Shown here one piece after another: positions 48,371 to 58,502 of a stretch of 64,000 nucleotides of DNA (position 1 is its first letter; each line of letters begins with the position of its first letter). The stretch is from an uncultured Thermoleophilia bacterium (GTDB taxonomy: Bacteria; Actinomycetota; Thermoleophilia; UBA2241), in contig CAVQSP010000009.1 of NCBI GenBank assembly GCA_963715985.1, positions 1 through 64,000 on the forward strand, given 5' to 3'. The notes under the pieces were generated by a model, which saw only the letters and a program-made list of their open reading frames with translations, was not told where the DNA came from and ran no database searches. The translations under genes were made by a program, and so were the position numbers.

Positions 48371-49425
48371 CGCCGGCCTCCCGGCAGGATGCGGGCGAGG
48401 CCGGCGCGCCGCTTCTTCTGCGCCGGCCGGTCCCCGTCGCTGCCGGTCAGCTCGAGGAAGAAGTCCTCGAGGCCCTGCTCGGTCGCCGGCACCACGGCCC
48501 GGACCTCGACGCCGTCGGCGACGAGCCGCCGCACCATCTCGGGCACGGCGTCCTCGTCGGCCTTGACGATCAGGTAGCCCTCGTCCACGCTCACGCCGCC
48601 GGCGCCGAACTGGCCGCGCAACACGTCGGCGGCGCGGCCCTGGTCGCCGGTGACGACCTTGATGGCGTCGTCCTTGGGGCGCAGCTCGCTCACGGGCCCC
48701 TGCACCACGACGCGGCCCCTGTTGATGATCACGGCGCGCGTGCACACCTGCTCCACCTCGTGCAGCAGGTGCGAGCTCAGGAAGACCGTGGTGCCGGCGG
48801 CGCCGAGGTCGCGGATGAGCTCGCGCACGTCCTTCATGCCGCGCGGGTCCAGGCCGCTGGTGGGCTCGTCCAGCACGATGAGCTCGGGGCTGTGCAGCAG
48901 CGCCTGGGCGATGCCGAGGCGCTGCTTCATGCCGTGGCTGAAGCCGCCCACGCGGTCGTTGGCGCGGTCGCCGAGGGCGACGATCTCGAGCACCTCGTCG
49001 ATGCGCTCCTCGCTCACGGGGCCCGTCATGCTGCCCAGCAGGCGCAGGTTCCGGCGCGCGCTCATCAGCGGGTAGAAGGTGGGGTCGTCCACGAACCCGC
49101 CCACGTGCCGGAGCGCGTCCTGGAGCTCGCCCGGCACCCGGTGCCCGCAGACCTCCACGTGGCCGCTGGTCGGGTGGATGAGGCCCAGGGCGAGCCGGAT
49201 GACCGTCGTCTTGCCGGCTCCATTGGGCCCGAGAAAGCCGAACACGTCGCCCCGGCACACCTGCATGTCCAGACCGTCCACGGCGCGGAGGGCACCGAAC
49301 TGCTTGGTGAGGGCGTGCGTGGTCAGGACGGGGGCGCGGCCTTCGCAGCTCTGCTGCGGCCGCGCCCCCTCCTGTCCACTCACCTGCTGCGCGTCGGTGA
49401 CGTCTTGCGTCTCGCCTTCTTCCAC
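48367..49425 (-). CDS. ABC transporter ATP-binding protein (start approximate)
   Basis: GPNGAGKTT, FSHGMKQR, LDEPTSGLD, SSHLL. Confidence 0.92.
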   Translation of the reverse strand: MEEGETQDVTDAQQVSGQEGARPQQSCEGRAPVLTTHALTKQFGALRAVDGLDMQVCRGDVFGFLGPNGAGKTTVIRLALGLIHPTSGHVEVCGHRVPGELQDALRHVGGFVDDPTFYPLMSARRNLRLLGSMTGPVSEERIDEVLEIVALGDRANDRVGGFSHGMKQRLGIAQALLHSPELIVLDEPTSGLDPRGMKDVRELIRDLGAAGTTVFLSSHLLHEVEQVCTRAVIINRGRVVVQGPVSELRPKDDAIKVVTGDQGRAADVLRGQFGAGGVSVDEGYLIVKADEDAVPEMVRRLVADGVEVRAVVPATEQGLEDFFLELTGSDGDRPAQKKRRAGLARILPGGRR

Positions 49426-49426
49426 A

Positions 49427-50776
49427 TCAACGCACGGACTGCACGAAGGCCTCGAGGTCAGCGGCCGGCACCATGCCGCCGGCCATGAGGGTCGTGTCGC
49501 CCTGCTGCCAGATGTACACGCCACCCAGCGGCGTGGTCATCGAGCGCACGGGTGACCCGCCGACCGTGGCCGTGCCGACCAGCGCCGGCAGCTGCTTGAG
49601 CTGCTTCTCGAGCTCGGGCGTGGTCCTGGTCTGTGCCAAGGCGATGCTGCCGAAGCCGTCCCCGTACAGGAGCACCGAGGCCGGCCCCATAGCGGCGGCG
49701 TCCGCCGGGGCGCCGGAAGCGCCGCCGAGGCCCATCTGCGCGAGGTCGAACACCGGAGTGCCGAGCGCCGTGAGCGGCATGCCGTTGTCGAACACGTAGG
49801 CCCACTTGAACGGCCGGGCGGTGTAGCCCTGCGCCGAGGCGATCGGGTAGTCCACGAGCTTCTGCGCCTGCGCCTGCGTCAGCAGGGCGTGCCGCGCGAG
49901 ATCCATGTGCTGCGCCTCTGCAGCCGCACCGGAGTGCCCCTGCGGGCTCGCGTCGCCCTGCCTCTTCTCCAGCTTCTTCTGGAGCTCGGCGGCGTCCACG
50001 GACTTCGTCGTCACCTGGGCGCCCGCGGGCGGTGTGAACTCGAACAGCTTGGGGTCGACCGGCGCGTACGACACGCTGTCGAAGCCGAACCTGAGCACCG
50101 CGGGGCCGCCGCTCCTGGCGTAGACCTCAAGGCTGAGCGGCATCATGGTCTCGCCGTCGACGGCAGCCTGTACGGCGCCGAGGGCGGTGTCGTTCGCGAC
50201 GGGCGTCATGCGCAGCAGGTACGCGGCCCGGCCGGCCACCGTGGCCTGACCGGCCACGTCGACCGTGGCGTACGGCGCCAGCTGCTGGAGGAACATCGCG
50301 ATGGTGAGCGGCGTCATCGCCGATGGTGCCGGCTCCGGCGACTGCGCGGGCAGATCGCCGGTGAGCGACCACTGCTCGGCCGTGTTGGTGGCCGAGTCAT
50401 ACGTCCACGCCGTCTGCGCGGCCTTGCTGACGCCGGCGACCTGGTCGCCACCGCTGCCCTGCGACTCGACGCGCACGCCGGCGTCGCTGACCCAGATGCG
50501 TCCAGAGCCGCTTGACGTGAGCGGCGACTGCGCCGGCAGCTGCGCCATGCCGGAGGCGGTGCCGATGTCTCCGAACAGCGTGTTGTTCCACGAGACTTCG
50601 CCGCTGACGGACGTGACCGAACCCTCGGTGGTGGCCATCTTGGCCATGAGGTCCTGGGCCGAGATCGCCGGCAGGTCGGCCGTGGACCCGGCACCGGCCA
50701 CAGCCACCACACCGGCCACCAGTGCGATGGCGGCGACGACCGCGATGACGACGTACAGCCAGACTCTCGATCTCAT
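49427..50776 (-). CDS. Exported LolA/DUF2092-like protein
   Basis: N-terminal anchor, LPAISAQDL, WTYDS, VAGRAAYLLR, FEFTPPAGA. Confidence 0.7.
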   Translation of the reverse strand: MRSRVWLYVVIAVVAAIALVAGVVAVAGAGSTADLPAISAQDLMAKMATTEGSVTSVSGEVSWNNTLFGDIGTASGMAQLPAQSPLTSSGSGRIWVSDAGVRVESQGSGGDQVAGVSKAAQTAWTYDSATNTAEQWSLTGDLPAQSPEPAPSAMTPLTIAMFLQQLAPYATVDVAGQATVAGRAAYLLRMTPVANDTALGAVQAAVDGETMMPLSLEVYARSGGPAVLRFGFDSVSYAPVDPKLFEFTPPAGAQVTTKSVDAAELQKKLEKRQGDASPQGHSGAAAEAQHMDLARHALLTQAQAQKLVDYPIASAQGYTARPFKWAYVFDNGMPLTALGTPVFDLAQMGLGGASGAPADAAAMGPASVLLYGDGFGSIALAQTRTTPELEKQLKQLPALVGTATVGGSPVRSMTTPLGGVYIWQQGDTTLMAGGMVPAADLEAFVQSVR

Positions 50777-50905
50777 GGGGACCCCTTCCGCGCGTTGCTG
50801 CTGTCTACGGTGTACCCCCCACGCCCCGCGGCTGCAACCTTACGCTCGCGACCGTAACGCGGCTTCACACGGTTCGGGGTGCCCGACGAGCCGCAGGAAC
50901 GCCCG

Positions 50906-52156
50906 TCACTGCAGCGATGGCACGTACTCCAGCCAGCCTTGGTAGAAGTCGTCCCAGCTCACGCCCAGCGCGTCGTGCACGGCGGTATCCAGGCCGTCGG
51001 CGGAGAGATCCGAGTCGGCCAGGGCCTGCAGCAAGGGCCGCAGCTTGGCCAGGCCCCAGCGGTCGAGCACGTAGTGCACCATGGAGGCGGCCTCGAGGTA
51101 GGCGAGCCGGACGTCGTCGGTGGACGAGCCCATCCACAGGTTCCCGGTGCCTATGGCGTCGACCAGCGGCCACAGCTGGTTGCCGGTCGCGACCTCCTCG
51201 AGCAACGGCGACCAGTCGCGCCCTCCCTCCACGGCCGTGGCCAGGCCCTCCATCAGGAACGTGGGTGCGTGCTCCGTGTGCGCGAACCACTGGCCGGTGT
51301 AGGCGTGGGTGAGCTCGTGCGACAGCATGAGCGGCATCCAGTCGCCGGTGCCGTCCAGCGAGGGTCCCAACACGCCCACGTCGCGGATGCGCCAGGGGCG
51401 GGTGGACATGCGCGGCCCGGCGTTGGAGAAGAAGCGGATGCGGTCCTCGTCCGGGCCGCCCCCGAGCGAGGCCTTGAGGTCGCCGAGCGACGAGTAGACG
51501 GAGGCGAGGACCTCCTCGTCGGGCTTGACGCCCACCAGTGACAGGCGCGGCAGGGCGGTGACGGCGGCGTCGGCAAGCCTCTCCGCGCGGGCCTTGGAGC
51601 GCCTGTCGGCGATCACGAGGAGCCCATTGCGCTCTACGGTCACGGGGTCGTGGAAGGCCATGAGGAACTCGCGGTCGACGGCCTTGGGCGTCTGGTCGGC
51701 GAAGGCGACCACGCGACCGTCGAGCACTTCGAGGTCGAGCACGCGCTCGCCGCCGACGCGGTCGTCCGGGCCCGTGCGCGCGAGGCGCCCGCTGCCGAAG
51801 ACGTCGAAGCGACCAGGCACACCGGGGATGGGGCGAACGACGAACTCGAACGAGGTCCACGGCAGCGGTGAGAGGTGGCGGAACAGCTCGCCGAGGGCCC
51901 TGCGCGCGGGCTTGCCGGTGGCGGGCAAGGCGGCGCGGAAGGCGGCGCGGTCGCCGGCGCGCAGCGCCGCCGCGGCGCCCGCGAGCGCCGCCTCGGCCTC
52001 GGCCCGGGTCGCGGCGCGCACGACGGGCGGCGAGGTGGCGGCGGGCTCCTGGAAGGCGAGCGGCAGGAAGGCGACGAAGCCGGCCAGCACAAGCAGGGCG
52101 CCGGCCACCGCCATGAGCACGAGCCACGGCCGCACGCGTGAACGTGACGGAGTCAT
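50906..52156 (-). CDS. Membrane-anchored gluzincin-like metallopeptidase
   Basis: N-terminal TM helix, HELTH followed by EGLA. Confidence 0.7.
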   Translation of the reverse strand: MTPSRSRVRPWLVLMAVAGALLVLAGFVAFLPLAFQEPAATSPPVVRAATRAEAEAALAGAAAALRAGDRAAFRAALPATGKPARRALGELFRHLSPLPWTSFEFVVRPIPGVPGRFDVFGSGRLARTGPDDRVGGERVLDLEVLDGRVVAFADQTPKAVDREFLMAFHDPVTVERNGLLVIADRRSKARAERLADAAVTALPRLSLVGVKPDEEVLASVYSSLGDLKASLGGGPDEDRIRFFSNAGPRMSTRPWRIRDVGVLGPSLDGTGDWMPLMLSHELTHAYTGQWFAHTEHAPTFLMEGLATAVEGGRDWSPLLEEVATGNQLWPLVDAIGTGNLWMGSSTDDVRLAYLEAASMVHYVLDRWGLAKLRPLLQALADSDLSADGLDTAVHDALGVSWDDFYQGWLEYVPSLQ

Positions 52157-52160
52157 GCGG

Positions 52161-53131
52161 TCATTGTACGCGGTGGCGAGAGGCGGCGCGCCGGGCCCGG
52201 CGCTCGGCTTCGGCGCGGCGGCGCAGCTCCCGCGCCGTCTCCGTGCGCGCCGGCGGAGGCGGCGCCGGCAGCAGGCCGGTCACGAAGGAGCCGACCGCGG
52301 CGGCCTCCGCATCGCCGCTGGCGCACATGATGCGCACCAGCCGCTCGTAGTGCGCCACGGCGATCCTGCCGGCGTGCTCGGGCAGCAGCACCTCGGCCGC
52401 GAATGTCGCCGTCTGCCGCTCCAGCAGGCCGGCCGTGGCCGCCGGCGCGATGACGAGCGCAGCGAAGTCGGCCCGCCCGCTCAGCTGCGCGCTCCGCGCC
52501 GCGAAGAGGAGCGTGCGCGCCAGCTGGTAGAAGCGGTGCAGCGGGCAGCTGCCGGGCTCACCGCCTGCCGGTACGAGCGCCTCCGGACGAAAGAGGCCCG
52601 CCGCCACGTCCCAGTAGCCGCGCGCCTCGCGCCTGCCCTCGCGGAGGGCCAGTCGGCACGGCGCAGACGTGCCCGTCGCCCTGTCGGAGCCGGGCCCGTA
52701 GAAGCCGCGGCAGGCGTCCGGGACCTGGCCGCAGCCGCGCGAGCCCGCCAGCGCGTCGCGCAGGAACTTGGACTCCACGGCCACGACGGCGTCGCCGGAC
52801 TCCAGCAGCGCGTCCACGGCGGTGGCCCGGGCGCCGCGCTCGTGCAGCACGTCCGGGTCCGAGACCTCGAGCGCGACCCGCCAGCGTCGGCCGGCGCGCC
52901 GCCGAGCGGCTCGCCCAGCCCCGGCAGGCACCCGCTGAGGAGCTCGTCGATGACTGCGTGCCGCACCTCGAGCGCGCCCAGCGGCGCCCAGGCGCTCAGG
53001 CACAGCGCCTGGGAGGAGCGCGGGCTGGCGGCGTGCGTGTGCCACGGGAAGCCGGGCCCGAGGGCGGCGGCCACGCCGGGGTACAGCGACGGGTTGCGCA
53101 GGATCCGCTCGAAGCGCGACGGCGACATCAT
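52161..53131 (-). CDS. Putative PD-(D/E)xK nuclease (PGN_0703-like), frameshift near 52885
   Basis: SSQALC, then TAVDALL..VAVESKF and FYQLAR, with several Cys. Confidence 0.55.
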
Positions 53132-53218
53132 CGCTCCAGTGTAGTACCCGCCGTGACGGGAGCGCGGCGGGCGCGCGAGTGGCCCGACCGCCGCGCCGCG
53201 TGTACTCTTGCGAGAACG

Positions 53219-54649
53219 ATGGCGGACCCCGGCAGAGATCCCAAGCCCTACAACGTGTATCGCAGCGGCGAGCCGCAGCCCGGCGAGCCGCCGGCCGCCT
53301 CCCTGCCGGCCGCTTCCCCGCGCGCCGGCGCGCAGACCGCCGCTGCACCACCCGCCACGCCCCCCGTCGCCGGCCCTCTGGGCCCGGCCGCGGGCGGCGC
53401 CCCGCCGCGCGGGCCGTCCCGGCCCGCGGCCCGGGGCGCCCGCCCGCCGCGCCGCCGCAGGCGCCGCGGCGGGCTCGTGCTGCTCGTCGTCCTCCTCGTC
53501 GTGCTCGCGCTCGCCGCCGGCACGCTCGCCATGCTGCGACCCTTCGGCGGCAAGGACGCCTCCGCGGGCGCGCAGACCTCCGCGTCCGGACAGACCGGCG
53601 GACAGCAGGACGGCACGCAGCCTGCCGCCCAGCCCTCGGCGACCGGCTCCCCCATCGTCAACCCCACACACTCGCCGACGCCCAAGCCCTCGCCCAAGGT
53701 GGCCACCGTCACCGGCGGCGGCGACGTGATCGGCGGCTTCGGCGTCAGCTCCGTGGTGGGCAGCATGGGCTCCGGCCTCTTCAAGAGCATCGCCCCGCAC
53801 TTCGAGGCCAGCGACTACGGCTTCGTGAACCTGGAGTCGCCGCTCACCACCGGCGGCGACCCGCAGGGCTGGAAGGACGTCGTCATCAAGGGCAACCCGG
53901 CGCTGGCCAAGGCCATGGCCAAGAGCGGCATCAACGTCGTGACCATGGCCAACAACCACGCCGGCGACATGGGCGACAGCGGCCTGCTGGACAGCTTCAA
54001 GTACTGCGAGAAGGCCGGCATCACCGTGGTGGGGGCCGGCAAGACCCTCAAGCAGGCGCAGGCCGGCGCCGTGCTCACCAGGAACGGCGTCAAGACCGCC
54101 TTCCTCGGGTTCACGGACGTGCTGCCGGTCGGCTACCCCGCCACGTCCACCAGCCCCGGCACGTCGCCGGGCAGAGCCAACATCAACGCGGTCAAGACCA
54201 ACATCCGCAACGCCGCCAGGAAGTCCGACTTCGTGGTGGTGGGCTGGCACTGGAACTTCGAGTACAAGCGCGCGCCCAGCTATCTGGAGTCGAGCGAGGG
54301 CAAGGCCGCGGTCGACTCCGGCGCCGACATCGTGTTCGCCCACCACCCACACCTGCTCGACGGCGTGCAGGCGTATCACGGCGGCCTCATCTTCTACAGC
54401 CTCGGCAACCTGGTGTTCAGCGGCTTCTCCGGTGAGACCGCTCAGACCATCCTCGTGAAGGCGAAGATGACGAAGGACTCCATCGACGCCAAGCTCATCC
54501 CGGTGACCATCAGCGGCTCCGGCGTACCCACCGTGGCCGGCGGCTCCACAGGCCTCAGCATCCTGCAGCGCGTCCAGAGCCTGTCGGCGAGCCTGGGCAC
54601 CAAGGTGACGATCTCCGACGGGCGCGGCTACGTGCACGTGAAGCGCTGA
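53219..54649 (+). CDS. CapA/PGA_cap family metallophosphoesterase-like protein
   Basis: Pro-rich N-terminus, TM helix, GGDV, VNLESP, ANNHAGD, GWHW, HHPH, YSLGN. Confidence 0.88.
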   Translation: MADPGRDPKPYNVYRSGEPQPGEPPAASLPAASPRAGAQTAAAPPATPPVAGPLGPAAGGAPPRGPSRPAARGARPPRRRRRRGGLVLLVVLLVVLALAAGTLAMLRPFGGKDASAGAQTSASGQTGGQQDGTQPAAQPSATGSPIVNPTHSPTPKPSPKVATVTGGGDVIGGFGVSSVVGSMGSGLFKSIAPHFEASDYGFVNLESPLTTGGDPQGWKDVVIKGNPALAKAMAKSGINVVTMANNHAGDMGDSGLLDSFKYCEKAGITVVGAGKTLKQAQAGAVLTRNGVKTAFLGFTDVLPVGYPATSTSPGTSPGRANINAVKTNIRNAARKSDFVVVGWHWNFEYKRAPSYLESSEGKAAVDSGADIVFAHHPHLLDGVQAYHGGLIFYSLGNLVFSGFSGETAQTILVKAKMTKDSIDAKLIPVTISGSGVPTVAGGSTGLSILQRVQSLSASLGTKVTISDGRGYVHVKR

Positions 54650-54671
54650 TGCGCCTCTCCCTCCCCAGCTG

Positions 54672-55467
54672 ATGCGCCCGCTCCTCTTCCAGATCGGCGA
54701 CTTCAAGGTGTACAGCTTCGGGCTCATGGCCGCCCTTGCCCTCATCGTGCCGGGCATCACCATCGTGCGGCCGCTCGTGCGGCGTCGCGGCGTGCGCTCG
54801 GACTTCGCCTACGAGCTCATCGTCGCCGCGGGCATCGGCGGCTTCGTGGGTGCGCGCATCTACTACATGATCGAGAACTGGAGCGCGGTGCACACCGCCT
54901 TCTGGAGCACCCTGTTCGGCGGCATCGGCTTCGTGTGGTACGGCGGCCTCATCGGCGGCTTCGTCGGCGTGGTCGGCTGGACCCTCATCCGCAAGGTGCC
55001 GCTGGACATCATCGCCAACGCCATGGCCCCCGCGACCGCGATGGGCTACGCCATCGGCCGCATCGGCTGCCAGCTCGCCGGCGACGGCGACTACGGCAAG
55101 CCTTCCACCCTGCCGTGGGCGATGGGCTACCCCAAGGGTACCGTCCCGACACCGCCGGGAGTGCGCGTCCACCCCACGCCCATCTACGAGATCATCATCA
55201 TGGCGTTCGTCGTCTGGATCCTGTGGCGCCTGGCCACGCGCTACGACAAGTCGGGCTGGTGGACGTTCGGCTGGTTCCTCGTGCTCTCGGGAGTGGAGCG
55301 CTTCTTCGTCGAGTTCCTGCGCCGCAACCCGGTGTGGTTCTGGCACCTCACGCAGCCGCAGTGGGTGGCCATCGTGAGCATGCTCATCGGAGCGGTGCTC
55401 ATCTTCGCCTTCACGAAGAAGCGCGCCGTGCTGACCGGCCGGCGCGCCGGTGCCCGGCTCCGCCTGA
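54672..55467 (+). CDS. lgt: Prolipoprotein diacylglyceryl transferase (3' end probably frameshifted; ORF track runs to 55763)
   Basis: GARIYY, WYGGLIGG, GRIGC, HPTPIYE, RFFVEFLR. Confidence 0.88.
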
Positions 55468-55499
55468 CCGTCCGCGGCCGCCGGGCCGGCGCGGCGCTC

Positions 55500-56771
55500 T
55501 TACAGCTCACTCAGCGGCAGCGAGGTGACGTCGTCGCCCAGCGGCAGGCGGCGGTCGCCAAGATAGACCACGTAGCCGGGCGCCACGGCGTCTCCCAGAT
55601 CCGCCCGCAACCCGCGGATACCCCGAGTCATTCGTGCCGTGGCGGTGGCGGAGGTCTTGATCTCCAGCGGGACCAGGCGCTCGCGACCGGCGTCCCCCGT
55701 CTCGGCGAGGACGTCGACCTCGACGCCTGTGGCGGTGCGCCAGAAGTGCAGGCGAGGCGTTAGAGCGCGGTGCAGCGCGGCCTTGAGGAGCTCGCCGACG
55801 ACCGCGGTCTCGGCCAGCACGCCGGCCATCGGCCCCGCCGCCGCGTGCGACGCGTCCCGCAGGCCGACGAGGTGACACAGCGTGCCTGTGTCGGTGAAGT
55901 ACACCTTGGGCGTCTTGACCAGTCGCTTGCCGAGGTTGGCGAAGTACGGGCGGAGCGTGAAGACCTGGTAGCTGGCCTCGAGGATCGACAGCCAGCGCCT
56001 CGCCGTAGTGACGGCAATGCCGAGGTCGCGCGCGAGGCTGGTGAGGTTGAGGAGCTGGCCCGAGCGTGCCGCGAGCGCACGCAAGAACAGCTGGAACTGC
56101 ACGACGTCACCCACCTGGGTCATGCTGCGGACATCGCGCTCGAGATAGGTGCCCACGTAACTGTCGTGCCACAGATCGGCATCGAGCTGGGGTTCGGCGG
56201 CGAGCTGGGGGTACAGCCCGCGGACGAAGGTCGTCCAGAAGTCCAGCGGCGAGCCGAAGGCGGCGGCTTGGGCTGACGGCCCGGAGGTGGCGGTGCGAGC
56301 GGAAGGCTTCTGCGTATGCTCCCACGGCAGTGGCCTCTCGGGGCTTCCGGCCAGCTCGCGCAGCGATAGCGGGAGCAACCGCAGCAGGGCGACGCGGCCG
56401 GCCAGCGACTCCGTCACGCCGGCCGCAAGCATGATGTTCCGCGAACCGGTGAGGACCCACTGTCCGCGAGCCGCGCGGTGCTCGTCGATCCGCTCCTTCA
56501 CGTACGAAAGCAGAGCCGGGGCGTTCTGGACCTCGTCCAGGATCAGCGGCGGCGGAAACGCGGCCAGAAAGCCGCGCGGGTCGCGGGTCGCGGCTTCACG
56601 CGCATCAGGCGCATCGAGGGAGACGTACCCATGGGTGGCCGCAAGCGCGTGGCGCAGCAGCGTGGTCTTGCCCGCCTGGCGTGGCCCCGTGAGCATGACG
56701 GCGGGGAACTGCTCGAGGGCGTGCAGGAGCGTCGCCTCGAGCGTGCGTGGAATGTAGACAGGGTCGCTCAT
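55500..56771 (-). CDS. AAA+ ATPase with DUF4143-type C-terminus
   Basis: GPRQAGKTT, LDEVQ, LTGS, ESLAGR, TYLERDV, KTPKVYFTDTG, EVD..EIK. Confidence 0.9.
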   Translation of the reverse strand: MSDPVYIPRTLEATLLHALEQFPAVMLTGPRQAGKTTLLRHALAATHGYVSLDAPDAREAATRDPRGFLAAFPPPLILDEVQNAPALLSYVKERIDEHRAARGQWVLTGSRNIMLAAGVTESLAGRVALLRLLPLSLRELAGSPERPLPWEHTQKPSARTATSGPSAQAAAFGSPLDFWTTFVRGLYPQLAAEPQLDADLWHDSYVGTYLERDVRSMTQVGDVVQFQLFLRALAARSGQLLNLTSLARDLGIAVTTARRWLSILEASYQVFTLRPYFANLGKRLVKTPKVYFTDTGTLCHLVGLRDASHAAAGPMAGVLAETAVVGELLKAALHRALTPRLHFWRTATGVEVDVLAETGDAGRERLVPLEIKTSATATARMTRGIRGLRADLGDAVAPGYVVYLGDRRLPLGDDVTSLPLSEL

Positions 56772-56780
56772 GTCCTTGCA

Positions 56781-56808
56781 ATTATGCTACGTAAAAGCAC
56801 GATTACAA
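56781..56808 (-). promoter_or_regulatory. Promoter of the DUF4143 ATPase
   Basis: Minus strand TTGTAA-N16-CATAAT ending 9 nt before the ATG, in an AT-rich patch. Confidence 0.55.
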
Positions 56809-56868
56809 GGTTTGTCGCGCAGCGGCCGCCCGCGCCCGGGGCCGCAAGGCGGATCCCGCGCCGGCCCC

Positions 56869-57987
56869 TCAGAAGTACGACGTCAGCCCGCCGCGCCGGC
56901 GCACGTCCACGCTGGCGCAGTGGAACCCGCCGCCGATGGTCTCGAAGTCGTAGAAGGGGCACTCGATGGGCGTGAAGCCCCAGCGCTTCAACGCGCTGAT
57001 GAGGCGCTCCTCGCCCTTGGCGACGATGACCCGCTGCTCGTCGAGCATCACCACGTTCATGCTGATCCAGCGTGAGCAGTTGTACATGGGGTGGTCCGGC
57101 GGCATGTCCGGCTCCGGGCAGGTGAGCACGTCCCAGCCCGCCTGCGCGAACATGTCCGGGACCTTGGCGCAGCGTTCCGGGTGCACGAGCAGCTTGCCGG
57201 GCGCCAGCGGGTAGAACGTGGCGTCGATGTGCATGGGGTGGGTGTCGTAGACCTCCACCTCGTGCACGCGGATCTCGGGCTCCAGGTGGCGCCGCAGCCA
57301 CTCGATGCCGAAGCTGTTGCAGCAGCTCGACCGGGCGATGAAGAGGTCGCGGCCGCACTTGATGGCGTCGGCCGCGTCGAAGAGCGGCTCGAACTCGGTG
57401 GCGATGGTGCGCTGCGGCTCGCCCTCCTCCATGGGCACGTAGTCCGGCAGGTAGGAGGCGTCGCTCAGCTCGGGGCGCGGGGCGGAGACCCAGCGCGCCC
57501 CTCCCCGGAAGTACTCCTTGCACAGGTTCTTGTAGGCGTGGTGCTCGAAGAAGCGACTGCGCCAGCCCATCGGCGCCTCGATGATCTGGTCGCCGACGAT
57601 GAGCAGCACGTCGCGGGGCATGAGCGCGTAGCAGGAGCTGGGGAGGGACCAGCCGGGGGCCGCGATGGGCCGGTCCCAGGCGAACCGCTCAGGGCGCCGC
57701 ACGGTGACGCCCTCGGCCTCGAGGATGTGCACGAAGGCCTCGATGTCGGCCTCGGCCTTCTTGAGCATCTCGGCCGGCCAGCGCCGCCCGCCCTCCGCCT
57801 GGAAGAACGGCCACTGCGTCTTGTCGTGCACCACCGCCGGGGTGATGGTCTCCCACGGCGGGACGAGCGCGTCCTCGACGATGCCGACGACGATCTCCTC
57901 GAGAGGGTCCCACTCGTTGAAGGTGTTGACGGGGCCTGTCACGGCGGGCGGCCGGCGGGCCGCGGGCTGGGATCCGCTGGGACTCAC
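56869..57987 (-). CDS. Amidinotransferase (L-Arg:Gly/inosamine amidinotransferase family)
   Basis: NEWDPLEEIVVG, MPRD, FDAAD, HIDAT, SMNV, GGGFHC. AAGGAG RBS. Confidence 0.9.
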   Translation of the reverse strand: MSPSGSQPAARRPPAVTGPVNTFNEWDPLEEIVVGIVEDALVPPWETITPAVVHDKTQWPFFQAEGGRRWPAEMLKKAEADIEAFVHILEAEGVTVRRPERFAWDRPIAAPGWSLPSSCYALMPRDVLLIVGDQIIEAPMGWRSRFFEHHAYKNLCKEYFRGGARWVSAPRPELSDASYLPDYVPMEEGEPQRTIATEFEPLFDAADAIKCGRDLFIARSSCCNSFGIEWLRRHLEPEIRVHEVEVYDTHPMHIDATFYPLAPGKLLVHPERCAKVPDMFAQAGWDVLTCPEPDMPPDHPMYNCSRWISMNVVMLDEQRVIVAKGEERLISALKRWGFTPIECPFYDFETIGGGFHCASVDVRRRGGLTSYF

Positions 57988-58265
57988 GACGTTCACTCCT
58001 TGTCATCTACACGGAGCCTCAGGGCGCTGCCTGAGACGTGGGGCATGAGTTGGCCGAGTGTACCCGACTCGCTCGGACCCCGAGCCCGTGAATGCAGTCG
58101 TGGCGGGAGCCGAGGTGCGGTCGCACACCGTCCACGGGCCTCTTCCCGCAATGTCCACCCGGGTACCTCCTGTCACCCGCAGACCGCGGGTGGGCGGGAG
58201 CGTATCCTCTCAGCATGGACCTGGCATCTCGTGTTCCACGGGATCCGTGCTACACTGGCACCGCG

Positions 58266-58502
58266 ATGGCGAATCTCACCATCACCGTGGACGACCGGCT
58301 GCTGAAGCTTGCCCGGCTTCGCGCTCTGGAGCAGGGCACGTCGGTCAACGCGCTCCTGCGGGAGTATCTGGAGGCGTACGCGGGCGCCGCGGACGCACAG
58401 GCTCGGGCTCTCGACGATCTTCTCCAGCTCTCCGCCGCCACGACGTCGCACAGCGGCTCGGCGACCTGGACCCGTGAGGACCTCCACGAGCGCGACGCGT
58501 GA
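58266..58502 (+). CDS. Antitoxin (RHH/VapB-like)
   Basis: MANLTITVD, GTSVNALLREYL, WTREDLHER. GTGA overlap with the PIN gene. Confidence 0.85.
   Translation: MANLTITVDDRLLKLARLRALEQGTSVNALLREYLEAYAGAADAQARALDDLLQLSAATTSHSGSATWTREDLHERDA

Noticed and set aside
58000-58260. Guanidine riboswitch upstream of the amidinotransferase
   Set aside because: I could not find the ykkC, mini-ykkC (paired ACGR loops) or ykkC-III signatures.
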